DNA of 53,707 nucleotides, counting the filler, from Ionaspis alba (taxonomy: Eukaryota), in the NCBI GenBank assembly GCA_964255285.1. It is 3 parts of 3 records of this genome, joined end to end, with 100 filler letters (N's around TTAATTAATTAA, not from the genome) between each part and the next. Parts side by side here need not be neighbours in the genome. Positions count along the whole stretch, not along the records: positions 1 to 17,864 come from CAXUUL010000308.1; 2 more parts are not named here. One strand, given 5' to 3'. The position numbers and the translations under genes were made by a program. Numbering within the stretch: the first letter of the stretch is position 1; every line of letters begins with the position of its first letter. The notes beneath the pieces are model-generated. The model did no database searches, was not told the DNA's origin, and saw nothing but the letters and a program-made list of their open reading frames with translations. Positions 1-13,139 of this stretch are shown here, piece after piece.

Positions 1-145
1 GTACAACAGACCATTTGACGCTGGAGAGCTTCTCGCCTGTCTTGGCATTTCGCTAAATCCGTGCCCTATAGTGCCATTTCAAGGTCCTTCCGTGCACACA
101 AATAGATCTTCCCAGCCCACCTTGAAGTACAAGCTGGATCTAATT

Positions 146-887
146 ATGGCGGAAATCACCTCTCCGCTTCAATCTTCTCCCAAGGAGACAATGACGAACG
201 CACAGCAAGCCGCGCTTGTCTGCAAACTTGACACCCTTTTAAAGCGGTACTTGATTCTTCTCGACACATATTGCACGCTACAGAAGGACCTATCCATTCA
301 TTTCGCCTCTGTATGGTACTCTCGTAGCCAGCTTATCCAGCTTTCAACTATCAAGGTTCTAATTTCGGATCAAGGGTTTCACATCCCTCGCTCAGGCAAA
401 TTTCAACTCTACTACTCGTGTCCGTTACGGTCAAGATTTTTATGACCAACGGATGCAAGCATCTACAAGAATGTATGAGGACTGTTGGCTCCTCCTACGC
501 TATGTTCAGGACACATGATTTTGACTAAGAATCAGTTCTATCGTCGGACAGCCTTTAGCATCCTCATCAATTCGTTATCTGCTCGTAGCGTTATCGTCCA
601 ACGGTACTGATGATGAAGACAAGGATCCAGAACTGACTGCAAACGTTGACCACCAAGAGCACGATGCTTCTAGAGGTAGTAAGTTAGAGGTTGTTTCGGA
701 AGCCGGTGGCAAGAGATCGCTAGATCCACTCAACTGGTTTGGGATCCTGGTCCCTCCTGCCTTGAGACGAGCTCAAGGCGACTTCAGATCAGCAGTAAAT
801 GATGAGGTGTCTAACTTAGTGAATGTGGTGCGAGAGATGCAGGAGCTCGAAGCGGACGTTCGAAGCGTCAGAGCAGATATTGATTAG
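146..887 (+). CDS. VMA22: Vacuolar ATPase assembly factor Vma22/CCDC115 family; exons 146-310, 375-472, 536-887
   Basis: GT..AG introns 311-374 and 473-535. The spliced product contains GFTSLAQANF..RYGQDFYDQRMQAS and DPLNWFGILVPPALRRAQGDF, characteristic of the family. TAG at 885-887. Confidence 0.88.
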
Positions 888-1183
888 ATTGCTATTGTTT
901 GACGAGTCGCCAATGGGATCTACATACCTAAGTCGATGTGGTCCAATGTCAGTCGCCTGCTGACTACGTCGAGTATACTTTGAGAGACTGGGAGATTCGA
1001 AGATGAAGCTTGCATGTGATCGAGTGTTCTTTGTATTGTCTACAACTCAAGCAGCCGGTTGGCAAATAAGTAGAAGTACAAAGAAGAGAAGACTTGCATG
1101 ATTGTTACATCACAAGACTAATACATCATGGTATCCACACCACCGCAAATGACTTTGCCGAGCATTGGAATGCATCTGTCCTA

Positions 1184-3129
1184 TCAGGCTGACGCGTGTC
1201 CATCCGCAAACTTCACAACCTCGAGAATGGCAGCAAGTAGTGACTTCCTGGCCGTTCGGTCGCAATTACCCCAAATGTGCTGAACCAGCTCCTTGTTGAC
1301 TGTCTTGAGCTGCTTGTCGACGATCTGGAGCCTTTCCAACGCCAGTTCTACTACCACTTGTTTCTTTTTCAGCTCGGCCTGGGCGGGAGGAGGCACTGGG
1401 TCAAACGGAGATTCCAATTTGGTGGGTGCCGAGTCCAAGCCTAGCAGTACAAGAGCTTTATTGGGGCTTTTGATGACTGTACCGTCAGGTTTGGGAGTGC
1501 TAATACTGATCCACATATTCACTTCCTCTAAGCTCCGCACAAGGAACTGTTCCATACTCGAGAGAACATACTGTGCGGTGCACACGGCCTGAACGCTCCC
1601 AATGACTGCATCATCGTCAGCAGGGATGATGGCACGCAATGCGCGTTCAGAAATGGCGTCCGCATTCTTCGACGTGGCCGAGATTGCCAGCTTGCCGCCA
1701 ATGTCCTTGATTGCAGATTGCTGCAGGTTGACTCGACGTGGCAAAGTCTCCTGCCGCGTGGGATAGTATGCTGAGTTCCTGGTACTACGGGTCTGCTCGA
1801 GTCCGAATCGCGAATCGCGAAGCTCTTGGCGAATCGTTGGCGTGATTCGAGTAAGTACAGACTTAGTGAGGTGTGAGACCTTGGATCCCGTGATTCGGGT
1901 TGTAAGTACCTCAATTTGTCCGATCAATGCCACCATTTCAAAAAGCGTAGTGCGCCTCATGTTACGGCCAGAGCCAAGGAGCAAAGTTGGTCCGATATCC
2001 CCAAGTGCGTCGACTACTCGAACACGCGTCGAAAACGGCTCCCTAGCTCCTTGATTCGAGTTTGTATCATCTTCGTTTGGGTCCACGCTTGCCAGTGCTG
2101 ACGAAATTTCTGACAGATCCACAGCCATGTCGCCACTCACAATAGGGTGGTGGTCATCACTTATAGCTTTGATCGATTGACTGTAAAGGCTAGGAAGTGC
2201 CGGCGTACAGAGGTTCTGGCTGCATGTAACAGGGAGCTTCAAGACCTCGTCTTCAGGGTCAGAATGTATTGAAGCTGAGCCAGCTTTCATATCGTCGCTC
2301 TCCTGATGAACGGCTCCATCTCGTCTACCGGTGACTGAATTTTGTTGCATACGGCCTGACTTTTCTGATGCAGGGAAAAGTTGGTCATGATATAGCTTAC
2401 AGCTACCGGGGCTGCGCACTTCCACTAAGCGAGGTTTCTCCGAAGGTCGAATTACCTAAGGGAGATATCAGCAACCTAAGGGTCAGATTGTACAGACAAT
2501 GGGCTTACCCGGACTTCACGAGCCTCCAGAATATCCGAAGACGGTGATTCGTCGGGGATGACATTCGCCTGTTCGCTTGGAGATTCTGCCACTGGGTTGC
2601 AAGACTCCGGAGTGACCCCAACGCCATCGACATCTGGGTGTGACATCGTAGTGGTAGCTTGGCTCGCGAATGACGCTGCGCTTTGCCTCAGAGCTCTAAA
2701 GCCAAGTGTCCTATGCAATGAACCGGGACAGCGCTGAGAGGTCAATGGTGTAGCATGCTCTGACACTGTGCAAGTGATGGTCTCGTCGTCGTTGTCGCCT
2801 ACCTGATTTTCTGGTTGTTGAGAGAATCGGCACTGAACATTCTGAGCCCGTTCCTTCGGGGTTACACCACTGGTCTGGTTTTGTACCGCGACGTCGTGGC
2901 CTACGAGTTCGTGAGGCTGTAATGAACATGGCCTGGCAAAGCGGCGATGGTAAGCACTGGGCGAGATGTAGCCGTTGGAGCATTGATCGACCGCGACTTT
3001 GTTCTCACGCTCACTTGGATTGACTGAAGCCAATCCGGATAGATAAGGACCTTGTGGTATGCCTTCAGATCGATGTGCGACAGTTCTTGATTGGTCGACA
3101 CTGTGCAATGGCCAGTCTTCATTGTCCAT
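1184..3129 (-). CDS. Hypothetical protein of about 630 aa with a low-complexity N-terminal half and a helical-looking C-terminus; exons 3129-2509, 2455-1184
   Basis: Two long minus-strand ORFs (2476-3630 and 1184-2425) join in frame through a GTAAGC..CTGAC..TAG intron at 2508-2456 (phase 0). The ATG at 3129 is the likeliest start. No family motif recognised. Confidence 0.6.
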
Positions 3130-4460
3130 CTTGAAGGCTGGGAGTAACAATGATTGCTTGCTTTGGCTTCCACTTGATATCACTGGTACCGGAGCCAGCA
3201 AACAGATCTCACGGAGTGCATTGGATGTGCGAAACAAAGGACCGAATTTACCTGCCACAGACCAATGATCTTCAATGTTTGAACAGTTCCATATTTGACG
3301 TGAGAAGTTCAGGTCACACGGGTATGGATAGGTAAGAGTTTGAGGTCTTTGGTTTCTGAAGAACACCAAACAGGGATAGCGTGTGCCTGGTAGCCCTCGA
3401 CACTCGCAGACTAACTTTGTTTTATATCCATCTTGCTCGGCCACAAGACTAGATTGAACGATATCATGATCTTGATGAGGCTCCTCAAGAAGGTTATTTG
3501 TTTTGACAAGATACTCGATAGCAGGAAAGTCACATTGGAACATGTTGCCAAAAGAAAGACACATACTCCTAACCTTTGCAGACAAGATAGCAACGCTACC
3601 TTCAACACATTTCATATCTGCTCTTCTCAAATCATGGGGATATCCTTGCTGCGCAGGATGAAGTCCTTACGTACGCATCACCTCGGTATATGGGTGGAGG
3701 TAGGTTCGCCTCCCCCACGATGGCTCCTTTCCATCGTGATGAGAAGGCAAGAGACTGTCCGAATCCAAATGCAAGGGCCTTGGGATAAGTCTAAATCAAA
3801 GTCAACAAGGGAGGAAAATCCCCTTGCTTACTGGAGTAGAAACTCTCTACAAGCAACCTATGAAGCTCGTACGGACGATAGCAAAAGTACCTCCAATGAC
3901 TCAAAGTAAACACACGTATACCAAGCTAAGTGACTGAAGGTCCGGGTGGTCAGCTATAACGTATTCGTCCAGGATACATTGGAAAGTCCAATTGCTGGGA
4001 GGTTGGGGTGGACCTTAGTCATCCGCCTTTCGGAGCAACAAAGCTGTCCGCGCCGTCCTGCCAACAAATTTCAGTCGCACGAACATCCTCCTCCTGAAGC
4101 GTCAGTGCAAGCGACTACCACCACGACTGTGATCGAGATGTCGCATCTATGTCACGCACAAGTACAACGTGCGTGTATGAGGCTCTGTGACCAGCCGAAA
4201 TGAGGAGTATCATCGTCGTTTCTTACGAAAGCATCGTTGCTACTTTGTCTTGGCAATGTTCTCAGGTCTCTCAAAAGAGAAGTGAAAGACGATGAGGAAT
4301 GCATTGACCAGGCTCCCTTTCAAACCCCGATTGGACTTTCTACCCCATGGTCGACGGGGGAGACGGGGAACTTACTGCATTTCCAATGGTTCTGCTGTCG
4401 AACTGGATGGAATGATGCTTGAATGGCGTGAGTGCTTTGTCAAATGGACTTTAGCGCCAA

Positions 4461-4470
4461 AGCACGCAAT
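4461..4470. promoter_or_regulatory. Candidate bZIP (CYS-3/MetR-like) site AGCACGCAAT upstream of MET16
   Basis: 8/10 identical to AGCACGTCAT upstream of MET3 and a partial match to the ATGRYRYCAT consensus. Function is inferred only. Confidence 0.3.
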
Positions 4471-4719
4471 CCTCATAGTGTATTTCGTTCACGGCCAGTA
4501 TCGACCCACAATGCTTACCCAACAAGTCCCTCTGTATTCTCTAATTTTCTTCTTGTGTTCTCTTACTTCTACTTCCTCTGCCGTGTACTTGCTATCCGTA
4601 ATCCATCAAAATCTCTTGCTCTTTTCTTTATTCTTGATCTGGTTTTTCTGTGCTTGAGCATCAATAACGAGTTCTACCGTGTCTCCTTGCTCGCCTAGTC
4701 CTTCGTAAAAAAGAAAGTT

Positions 4720-5703
4720 ATGCCATCTAGAACCTTGCAGTTGTCACAGTTGGAATCGGAGAGGATAATGCCATTGGGAGCGGATGATGAGTCTGGCTAC
4801 GCCAGTGGAAGCTCCAGCGAATCCAGCATTCCAGACGTTTTCTTCACAAAGCCACACCTCAAGTTTCTCAACCGTCAATTACAGAACCTCGAACCGCAAG
4901 GTTAGTTTGTCGCAATCGTCCTACCGATCTTGCACACCTGACGTGGTTGCGTTACAGATATCTTACGATGGTGTATTACGTCCCTTCCATCCCTATTCCA
5001 GACGACTGCGTTTGGTTTGACGGGCCTTGTGACTATTGACATGCTTTCGAAGCTCAAGATCCCACGGCCGCAGCAGGTTGACCTAATCTTCCTCGAAACT
5101 CTTCACCATTTCTCAGAGACCCTCTCCCTTGTCGACCGGGTGCGAGACCGATATCCTCTCGTGAACATCCATATCTACAGACCTGCCGGTGTCGAAACTG
5201 CGGAGGAGTTTGCTCGACAATATGGACAGAAGCTGTGGGAGACGGATGATAAGCTATACGATTGGGTTGCCAAAGTCGAACCTGCCCAGCGTGCCTACCG
5301 CGACCTCCAGGTAAATGCTGTTCTGACAGGTCGAAGGAGGAGTCAAGGAGGCAAGCGTGGAGATTTGGACATCATTGAAATTGACGAAGCCGGCCTCATA
5401 AAAGTTAACCCCTTGGCGAATTGGTCGTTCCAACAGGTGCAGGATTACGTCCGAGCCAATGATGTTCCCTACAACGAGCTGCTCGACAGGGGTTACAAAA
5501 GTATTGGTGACTGGCACTCGACACAGCCTATCAAAGATGGGGAGGACGAACGCTCGGGACGGTGGAAGGGTCAGCCCAAGACCGAATGTGGTATTCACAA
5601 CCCTCGGTCCAAATTCGCACAGTATCTTCGGCAACAGGAGCTGAAAAAGCAAGAGGAGGCTCTACAACATGCTCTCCAGAGCGGCATGAAGATCGAGGCA
5701 TAG
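4720..5703 (+). CDS. MET16: Phosphoadenosine phosphosulfate (PAPS) reductase; exons 4720-4900, 4958-5703
   Basis: QTTAFGLTG, TGRRRSQG, KVNPLANW, GYKSIGDWHST, ERSGRW and ECGIH motifs. GTTAGT..CTGAC..CAG intron at 4901-4957. Confidence 0.97.
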
Positions 5704-6074
5704 CATGGGCACCCGAAGAGGTATCTCTGAAGCATTTTTTATCCACAGGTAGCATGGCGTTGGGGCGAAAATAGAAGCATAGATACGGCGTTCATCATCG
5801 AACTAGCTTGGGACACGGAAACCAAACATTTTGTACTGTCGTCCTGTGTACTACAAGATCGCTCAATGATGGCTTTGCTCTGTCAACGATGACATCGTGT
5901 GACATGAAGCTGTTACTAACACGGCGTGTCTAATTTTTGAAAGAGATTATTAATACTGCAATCGGAACTGTAGCTGACTTATTTACGTAGTACAACAATT
6001 GGAGTAGAGTTTGTGGGTATTACCGTACCGCGTGGTACAAGCCAGGGCCAAGCCTTGGGAAGGATCTCGACCAT

Positions 6075-6084
6075 AGCACGTCAT
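6075..6084. promoter_or_regulatory. Candidate bZIP (CYS-3/MetR-like) site AGCACGTCAT upstream of MET3
   Basis: Reverse complement is ATGACGTGCT, with an ACGT core. A CACGTG lies at 6153-6158 and TATA-like sequence near 6181-6195. Function is inferred only. Confidence 0.3.
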
Positions 6085-6405
6085 ATGCCGTCAGCGACCG
6101 ACTTTTTTTCCGCGGGCTTCGGAAGCCCGGGAAGGGCGATGAGGATTACCGGCACGTGGTACGTGGATGCAGAACAATTTTATAAATTGTTATAAGCACC
6201 AGGAAATCTAATGGCATCTGTCCCTATCTAATGTTTCTCTCTTTCTTCTTCTGAAGTCCCTAATACCGCTCCTTTCTAACAAGCACAAAGACTAGACGAC
6301 GGTTTTCCTTCCCATCCTCCGACGGCTAAAACTCCACCTTCCAAGATCCGGTTTACGGCGACTTCGTGACAGAATCTTTCTTTGCTCTCGACAACATTCT
6401 TTTAA

Positions 6406-8416
<2,011 letters not shown>

Positions 8417-9796
8417 AGTGGCTGGGGAAATAATATGGGTGATTGTGGCTTTGATCTCGGAAGGGTGGACAGAATAGAGGGTGTCAAAAGTAAAGGCGGA
8501 TCTTTGAAGAGCGTAGACTATAGATTCACTTGCAAAGCAGAACTCGGGTGGTCTTGCGCGGGTCCTCATTGCCTTAGGAGTAATGGATCTAATCCTCCCG
8601 TACAGGTGTTTCATCGTACCACTAAGGCAAAGACGGTATCTTGTCATGTCAATTATGGACTTTTTACTTCGACCTTCAGAACCTTAGCAGAACGCCGTAC
8701 ATTCTTTTCAAACCCTCATCGACGTTGCTCTCAGCTGACTTCTCAAGGACATGGTATGCTGTCGCATTTGTGTCGAAGGGGGCATGCTCATCGGGAAGAC
8801 GAACACCCTGGCGAAATGCAAGTTTTTATCTGCTACATCTAACGCAAGCGACGTGCGAAAGCGTAAGGTGTAGATCCACTTCTCGAATAGCTTGAAGAGT
8901 TTGACATCATCGTCTGGAAGATCGACAATTCCGAGATTTACTTCGTTGAAAGTGCCCCCGAATATGGCACGGAAGAGGTAGGAGTGGTGACAGAGTCGCT
9001 CTTTGTGGACAATGAAGGAGTACTTCTTCGGACCAACATTGATTGTTACTATTAACCCATGGAAGTTGCTGATTAATGTTAATGGTGAGCTGTTTCGAGG
9101 CGTGGGCCTTTGACCGCTCCGCTATTGCTTACTGCAATGAGGGGCTTTCATCCGATATCATCCCGTCCAAGAAGCACTTCTTCGATCTTATAGCAACCAC
9201 TCTGCCAGTCTCTTCGAATCTAATGCTTGACATTAGTCAAGGCGTTGGCTTTCAAGCGATGGTTCCAGTTCCTGGAGATGCTCGGTGATGGGCAAGTATC
9301 CATTTACGCATTCCCTACTACGAGCATGCCAACGTCGTGGATATCGTTCATAATAGGCGATTACTGTAGCTTACCACATCACTCCAACGACTTCCCGTTG
9401 CATTGAGAGAAATATTGTTATCGTTTACCCCGAACAAACGCTGAAGAGCTCTTCAAGGCGAGTGGATGAAGGATGAGAGCTATAGTCTGTCGCAAGTGAA
9501 CCTGTCTGAAAAATGTACTCTCCGATATTTAGCTAGAATGACCGCTGAGGTTCTCGAAAAACCTAGACTTTTAGGTGAGTTCTGCCCAGGCCAGGGGTTT
9601 TCGAGAGGAACCCGGCTGTGCAATTAGTATTGGCACAACTCTCTCCGCTGGCAACGCGGACCAACTGATTCTCCGGCAGGATCCTTGCACCTGCTTTTTA
9701 TCGTCATAGGGCTTCGGATAGATCTGCAGGAAATCAAATACCGCCGTTGATGTCTCTATTTCTTCCCATCTACTGTTTCATTATTCTGCATCGGAC

Positions 9797-10380
9797 ATGT
9801 CAATGACTGTACTGAAAGGAGACACTGCATTTCAAGTTAGATCACTTGTGAGCCTCCTCCGTTTCAGTCTCCCTGTCGCGCGAGCATCTGGCAAGCCTTG
9901 CTAATACTCACTCTGTCCACAAAGTTTCGCTCCCTCCTCCGACAGTCAAGCCAATTCGCCGCTTATAACTTCCGCGAATATGCTAAACGAAGAACGAAGG
10001 ATGCCTTCCGGGAACACCGCACTGAAGTTGATGAGCGAAGAGTGCAGGATTTGATACAGCGAGGGTTGAAAGAGTTGCAGATGATGAAGGTCAGTCGCCA
10101 TACAAAAGAAGTTCGCAAAAACGGCAGAGCGAGCCGTAAGGTCCTCCCAGATTATTATCCAAACGTATTATGGACCGACTCATAGAAGTATGCTGACCCA
10201 ACATTCAGAGGCAGACAATCGTCAGTCAATTCTTCCAGCTAGATCGATTAGTGGTGGAAGGGCAAAAGACGGTATGACAATCTTGACCCGGCCTACATCA
10301 TACGTCCCTACTTAAGCTCTTCTATACAGGGAAAGCAAACCGGAAGCAAGGGAGACATGGTGCGGCAAACCAGCGAATAA
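9797..10380 (+). CDS. ISD11: LYR-motif protein Isd11/LYRM4, partner of cysteine desulfurase Nfs1; exons 9797-9847, 9925-10089, 10209-10271, 10330-10380
   Basis: Spliced product [33 protein letters not shown]...[17 protein letters not shown]. Three phase-0 GT..AG introns. Confidence 0.93.
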
Positions 10381-11687
10381 TCTCGACTGCTATCTACCGC
10401 GGAAAGCTGGCGGTGGATGTGACCCGCACAACGGAAGCGCTTATATATGCATGGCATCTTTCTAGGCCTCACCAAGCTTCCGCACATTTATATAATTGGT
10501 CCATACCCGCTGTCAAGAGTTCCTGCAATCCCAACACGTATAAGGTGTTCTTAAGCAAACCGACCTCGGACTTGACTCATACATTAAATAGCCTATGGTA
10601 ACTGTCGACCCTGATGTTTGACCTTCAATCATGGGTGTGACTGAGCCATCTTCCGCCGAGTTCCATCATAGGCAATGATCATCAACAGTCTGGTAATGCC
10701 ATAATCGTGTCTGCTGTTAATGGAGCACAGGATATCAGCCAAGCTAGATGTTCCTGCACCTGTTTCTGTGACCGGAGTTACCCATAAGCGTGACACTGAC
10801 ACTAAGCCTTACAGCCTTGGCGCAAGGCAGCATTTTCAGGCACGCTAGCCAGCGTTCTTTCGCTCCTCATCGTCTCCTTCACTGTTGGCGACCTTACAAT
10901 CAACTCTCGATCAGGAAACTGTGTAAGGGTCAGGATCCTTTAGGAGGTGTAAATGAAATTTCGGAAGGCGCATTCCGATACACGAAATGGCACCTGTAGG
11001 TCTCGCCTTGTTTTCAAGCGTTGCGAGCAATTGCCCAACGTCCCTGCATCGTTTCCTACAACCACTTTTCATAAATTTAGCCAACATGATTTCCTGCATC
11101 ACTGTTCTGCATTCACTTCAAGCCTGCTGGCTGTTGGAGGACCTCCGGGGTTAGACCTGGTTTTTGCGAAGAATCTGGCTGCCTCCACCCTGGAAACACC
11201 TGATCTTAGACCAGAAGGGCGTGATCCATTTCCTGATTGGGCAAGCCTCAGAACTCGCAATAGCCCGTCAGACGAACTAAGGGCTCCTTCTCTCATTTTT
11301 TTGTTCCTCCCAGGACCAACACCCGCAAGAATACTGCCCCTTTGGAAGGTATTCTGTAAGAGAGGACTGCACCGAATCGGGGTAGCCTTGACAGAGATTG
11401 CGGCTATAACCAGGCCCAAAAAAAGGGTTTTGGAATCGGCACTGACCCCGGAGATGTAGCGAGAATGGCGAAATTCGTTGACTTTACGGCACGTTGGACA
11501 CCGATTGACATTGGGGGCTTCTGGATCCCCTTGCCCGTCGCACCCCTCTGCCATAATCAGCAGTCATCTCTGTTCTACCGTCACCACTTGCTTCCTTTAT
11601 TTCGTTACGTTGAATGGCATTCATACTCTCTAACGGCTCAAGATCCAGCTTAGATATAAGGAGAAAGGCTAATTTGATCTTTGGCAG

Positions 11688-13139
11688 TTACGGAATAACC
11701 GTGCGAGTAATCGTTCGGGCCGCACTCAGATTGACCATGATATCATGGAAGGCCTCCCTGTACGACAATGGCGCAAAACCACGGCGGTCATTAACACTGC
11801 GCCACCGCGAGAGAGTTCCAAGACGACCAAGGCGCAGAGCTCCATGTGGACAGAACTGCTTATGCCGAGAGGCTCCGAGCTGTACTCCCCAGTGTGTCAG
11901 GCTTTGCTTCGGGCGGCGAGGATGGGACAGGTCAACAGGCCGCTTCCCCCACCAGAAGAAGAAAAAGAGCCTGGCGAGGAAGAAGATGCCGACGGAGATT
12001 TAGACATCGGCTTCACGACTTTCAAATGGTCCCAGGTACCCAAGGAGATGGAAGAGCCCGAAATAGAGTTCTTGGCGAAGAGGAGAAAAGGCTTACCGTC
12101 TGCTTATGGAGGAGCTGTAGCATCTTTGGGTAATGGACCACAAATGAGAAAGACCAAAGTCCGCAAGGTTGACGGAGAAGGTAACGCTTCGGTCTGGGAT
12201 GTGCTTGCTCCAGAGGGGGCTTTCGTTGAGGGAGAAATTGTTGAAGGTGACGAGATCATGACAGAGGCTCCAGCACCTGGAACTGTCGTGGAAGGGGTTG
12301 GAATTGCTAACGCCGAAGGCATTGTCATTGCGGGGGACCAAGTCATGCCCACTCCATCGAGACGGCGACCACCTCCTCCAAAGAGAAAACCGAAGGGGCC
12401 GGGGAGGGGGCGTAAGAAGAACAAGCCTACGGCCGCTAACGGTAGTACCGAGGATGCTACCATCGTCAATCAAGATGGCCTGATTGCAGAGGTTTCTGTA
12501 CTGGGATCCGAGGGTGACAAATTGGGTGGTGATGCATCTCGGAAGGTTGGGAGCGAGGACGTGGAGATGGGGGATGACTCTATATTACAAGACGGTGAAG
12601 AAGGCAGTGATGATGATGAAGATGAGGATGGCGAAGATGGCGAAGATGGTGAAAGCGTCGATCGAGAAGAAGGGGAATTGTCGCCGACACCGGATGCAGA
12701 TGCTCTCGGTTTAGTATCCGGCTCCCCGGCCAAGCCAGTCCCCACAATCGTCGAACCCGCGGTGACTGGTAGTCCCGTCATCGCAAATCTACCAGCAATA
12801 CAAGAACGCATGAACAGGGATCCCTCCAGTAGCCCAGACGTGCCCCTAGCTGCTGGCCAGCTATTGCAACGTCCGGTCCTATCGAGTCACGAGCCACCGA
12901 AGCAGCAGGCAGATGTTTCCACGGTTCCCGAAGTTAACAAGATGGAGAGTATTGAGTCGATGACCGTCGAAGAACCTACAAATCTAGCACCAGAATACAT
13001 GCATATTCCACCAGATCACAATCCGCTCGACAGTCTTGGCGAGCCGAAGGTAGCCCCTGACACTGAGCCATTACGATTTTCAGACGGCGAAGAAGACCTT
13101 CTGGGTAGCTTGGAGCGGCACTTGAACGAGAAGAGGTGA
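11688..13139 (+). CDS. Conserved fungal hypothetical protein (acidic and Pro-rich, probable nuclear localisation signal); 5' end uncertain
   Basis: 464-aa ORF from the ATG at 11745, open back to a branch/acceptor GCTAAT..CAG ending at 11687. Contains EGLPVRQW, EPEIEFLAKRRKGLP, RRRPPPPKRKPKGPGRGRKK and a C-terminal DLLGSLE. Confidence 0.85.
   Translation, partial: LRNNRASNRSGRTQIDHDIMEGLPVRQWRKTTAVINTAPPRESSKTTKAQSSMWTELLMPRGSELYSPVCQALLRAARMGQVNRPLPPPEEEKEPGEEEDADGDLDIGFTTFKWSQVPKEMEEPEIEFLAKRRKGLPSAYGGAVASLGNGPQMRKTKVRKVDGEGNASVWDVLAPEGAFVEGEIVEGDEIMTEAPAPGTVVEGVGIANAEGIVIAGDQVMPTPSRRRPPPPKRKPKGPGRGRKKNKPTAANGSTEDATIVNQDGLIAEVSVLGSEGDKLGGDASRKVGSEDVEMGDDSILQDGEEGSDDDEDEDGEDGEDGESVDREEGELSPTPDADALGLVSGSPAKPVPTIVEPAVTGSPVIANLPAIQERMNRDPSSSPDVPLAAGQLLQRPVLSSHEPPKQQADVSTVPEVNKMESIESMTVEEPTNLAPEYMHIPPDHNPLDSLGEPKVAPDTEPLRFSDGEEDLLGSLERHLNEKR

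Noticed and set aside
3433..4698. Short ORFs between the orphan gene and MET16
   Set aside because: No motifs, no coherent splice pattern; likely promoter and UTR sequence.
6211..6254. Two tiny overlapping uORFs (MASVPI, MFLSFFF) before MET3
   Set aside because: They lie just after the TATA-like sequence and before or within the CT-rich tract, probably upstream of the transcription start. No support for translation.
8435..9500. ORFs between MET3 and ISD11
   Set aside because: Short, mutually inconsistent frames with no recognisable domain. A decayed gene cannot be excluded but is not supportable.
10790..11554. ORFs 10953-11459 (+) and 11099-11554 (-)
   Set aside because: Non-ATG or weak starts, no motifs, overlapping antisense; probably chance ORFs.
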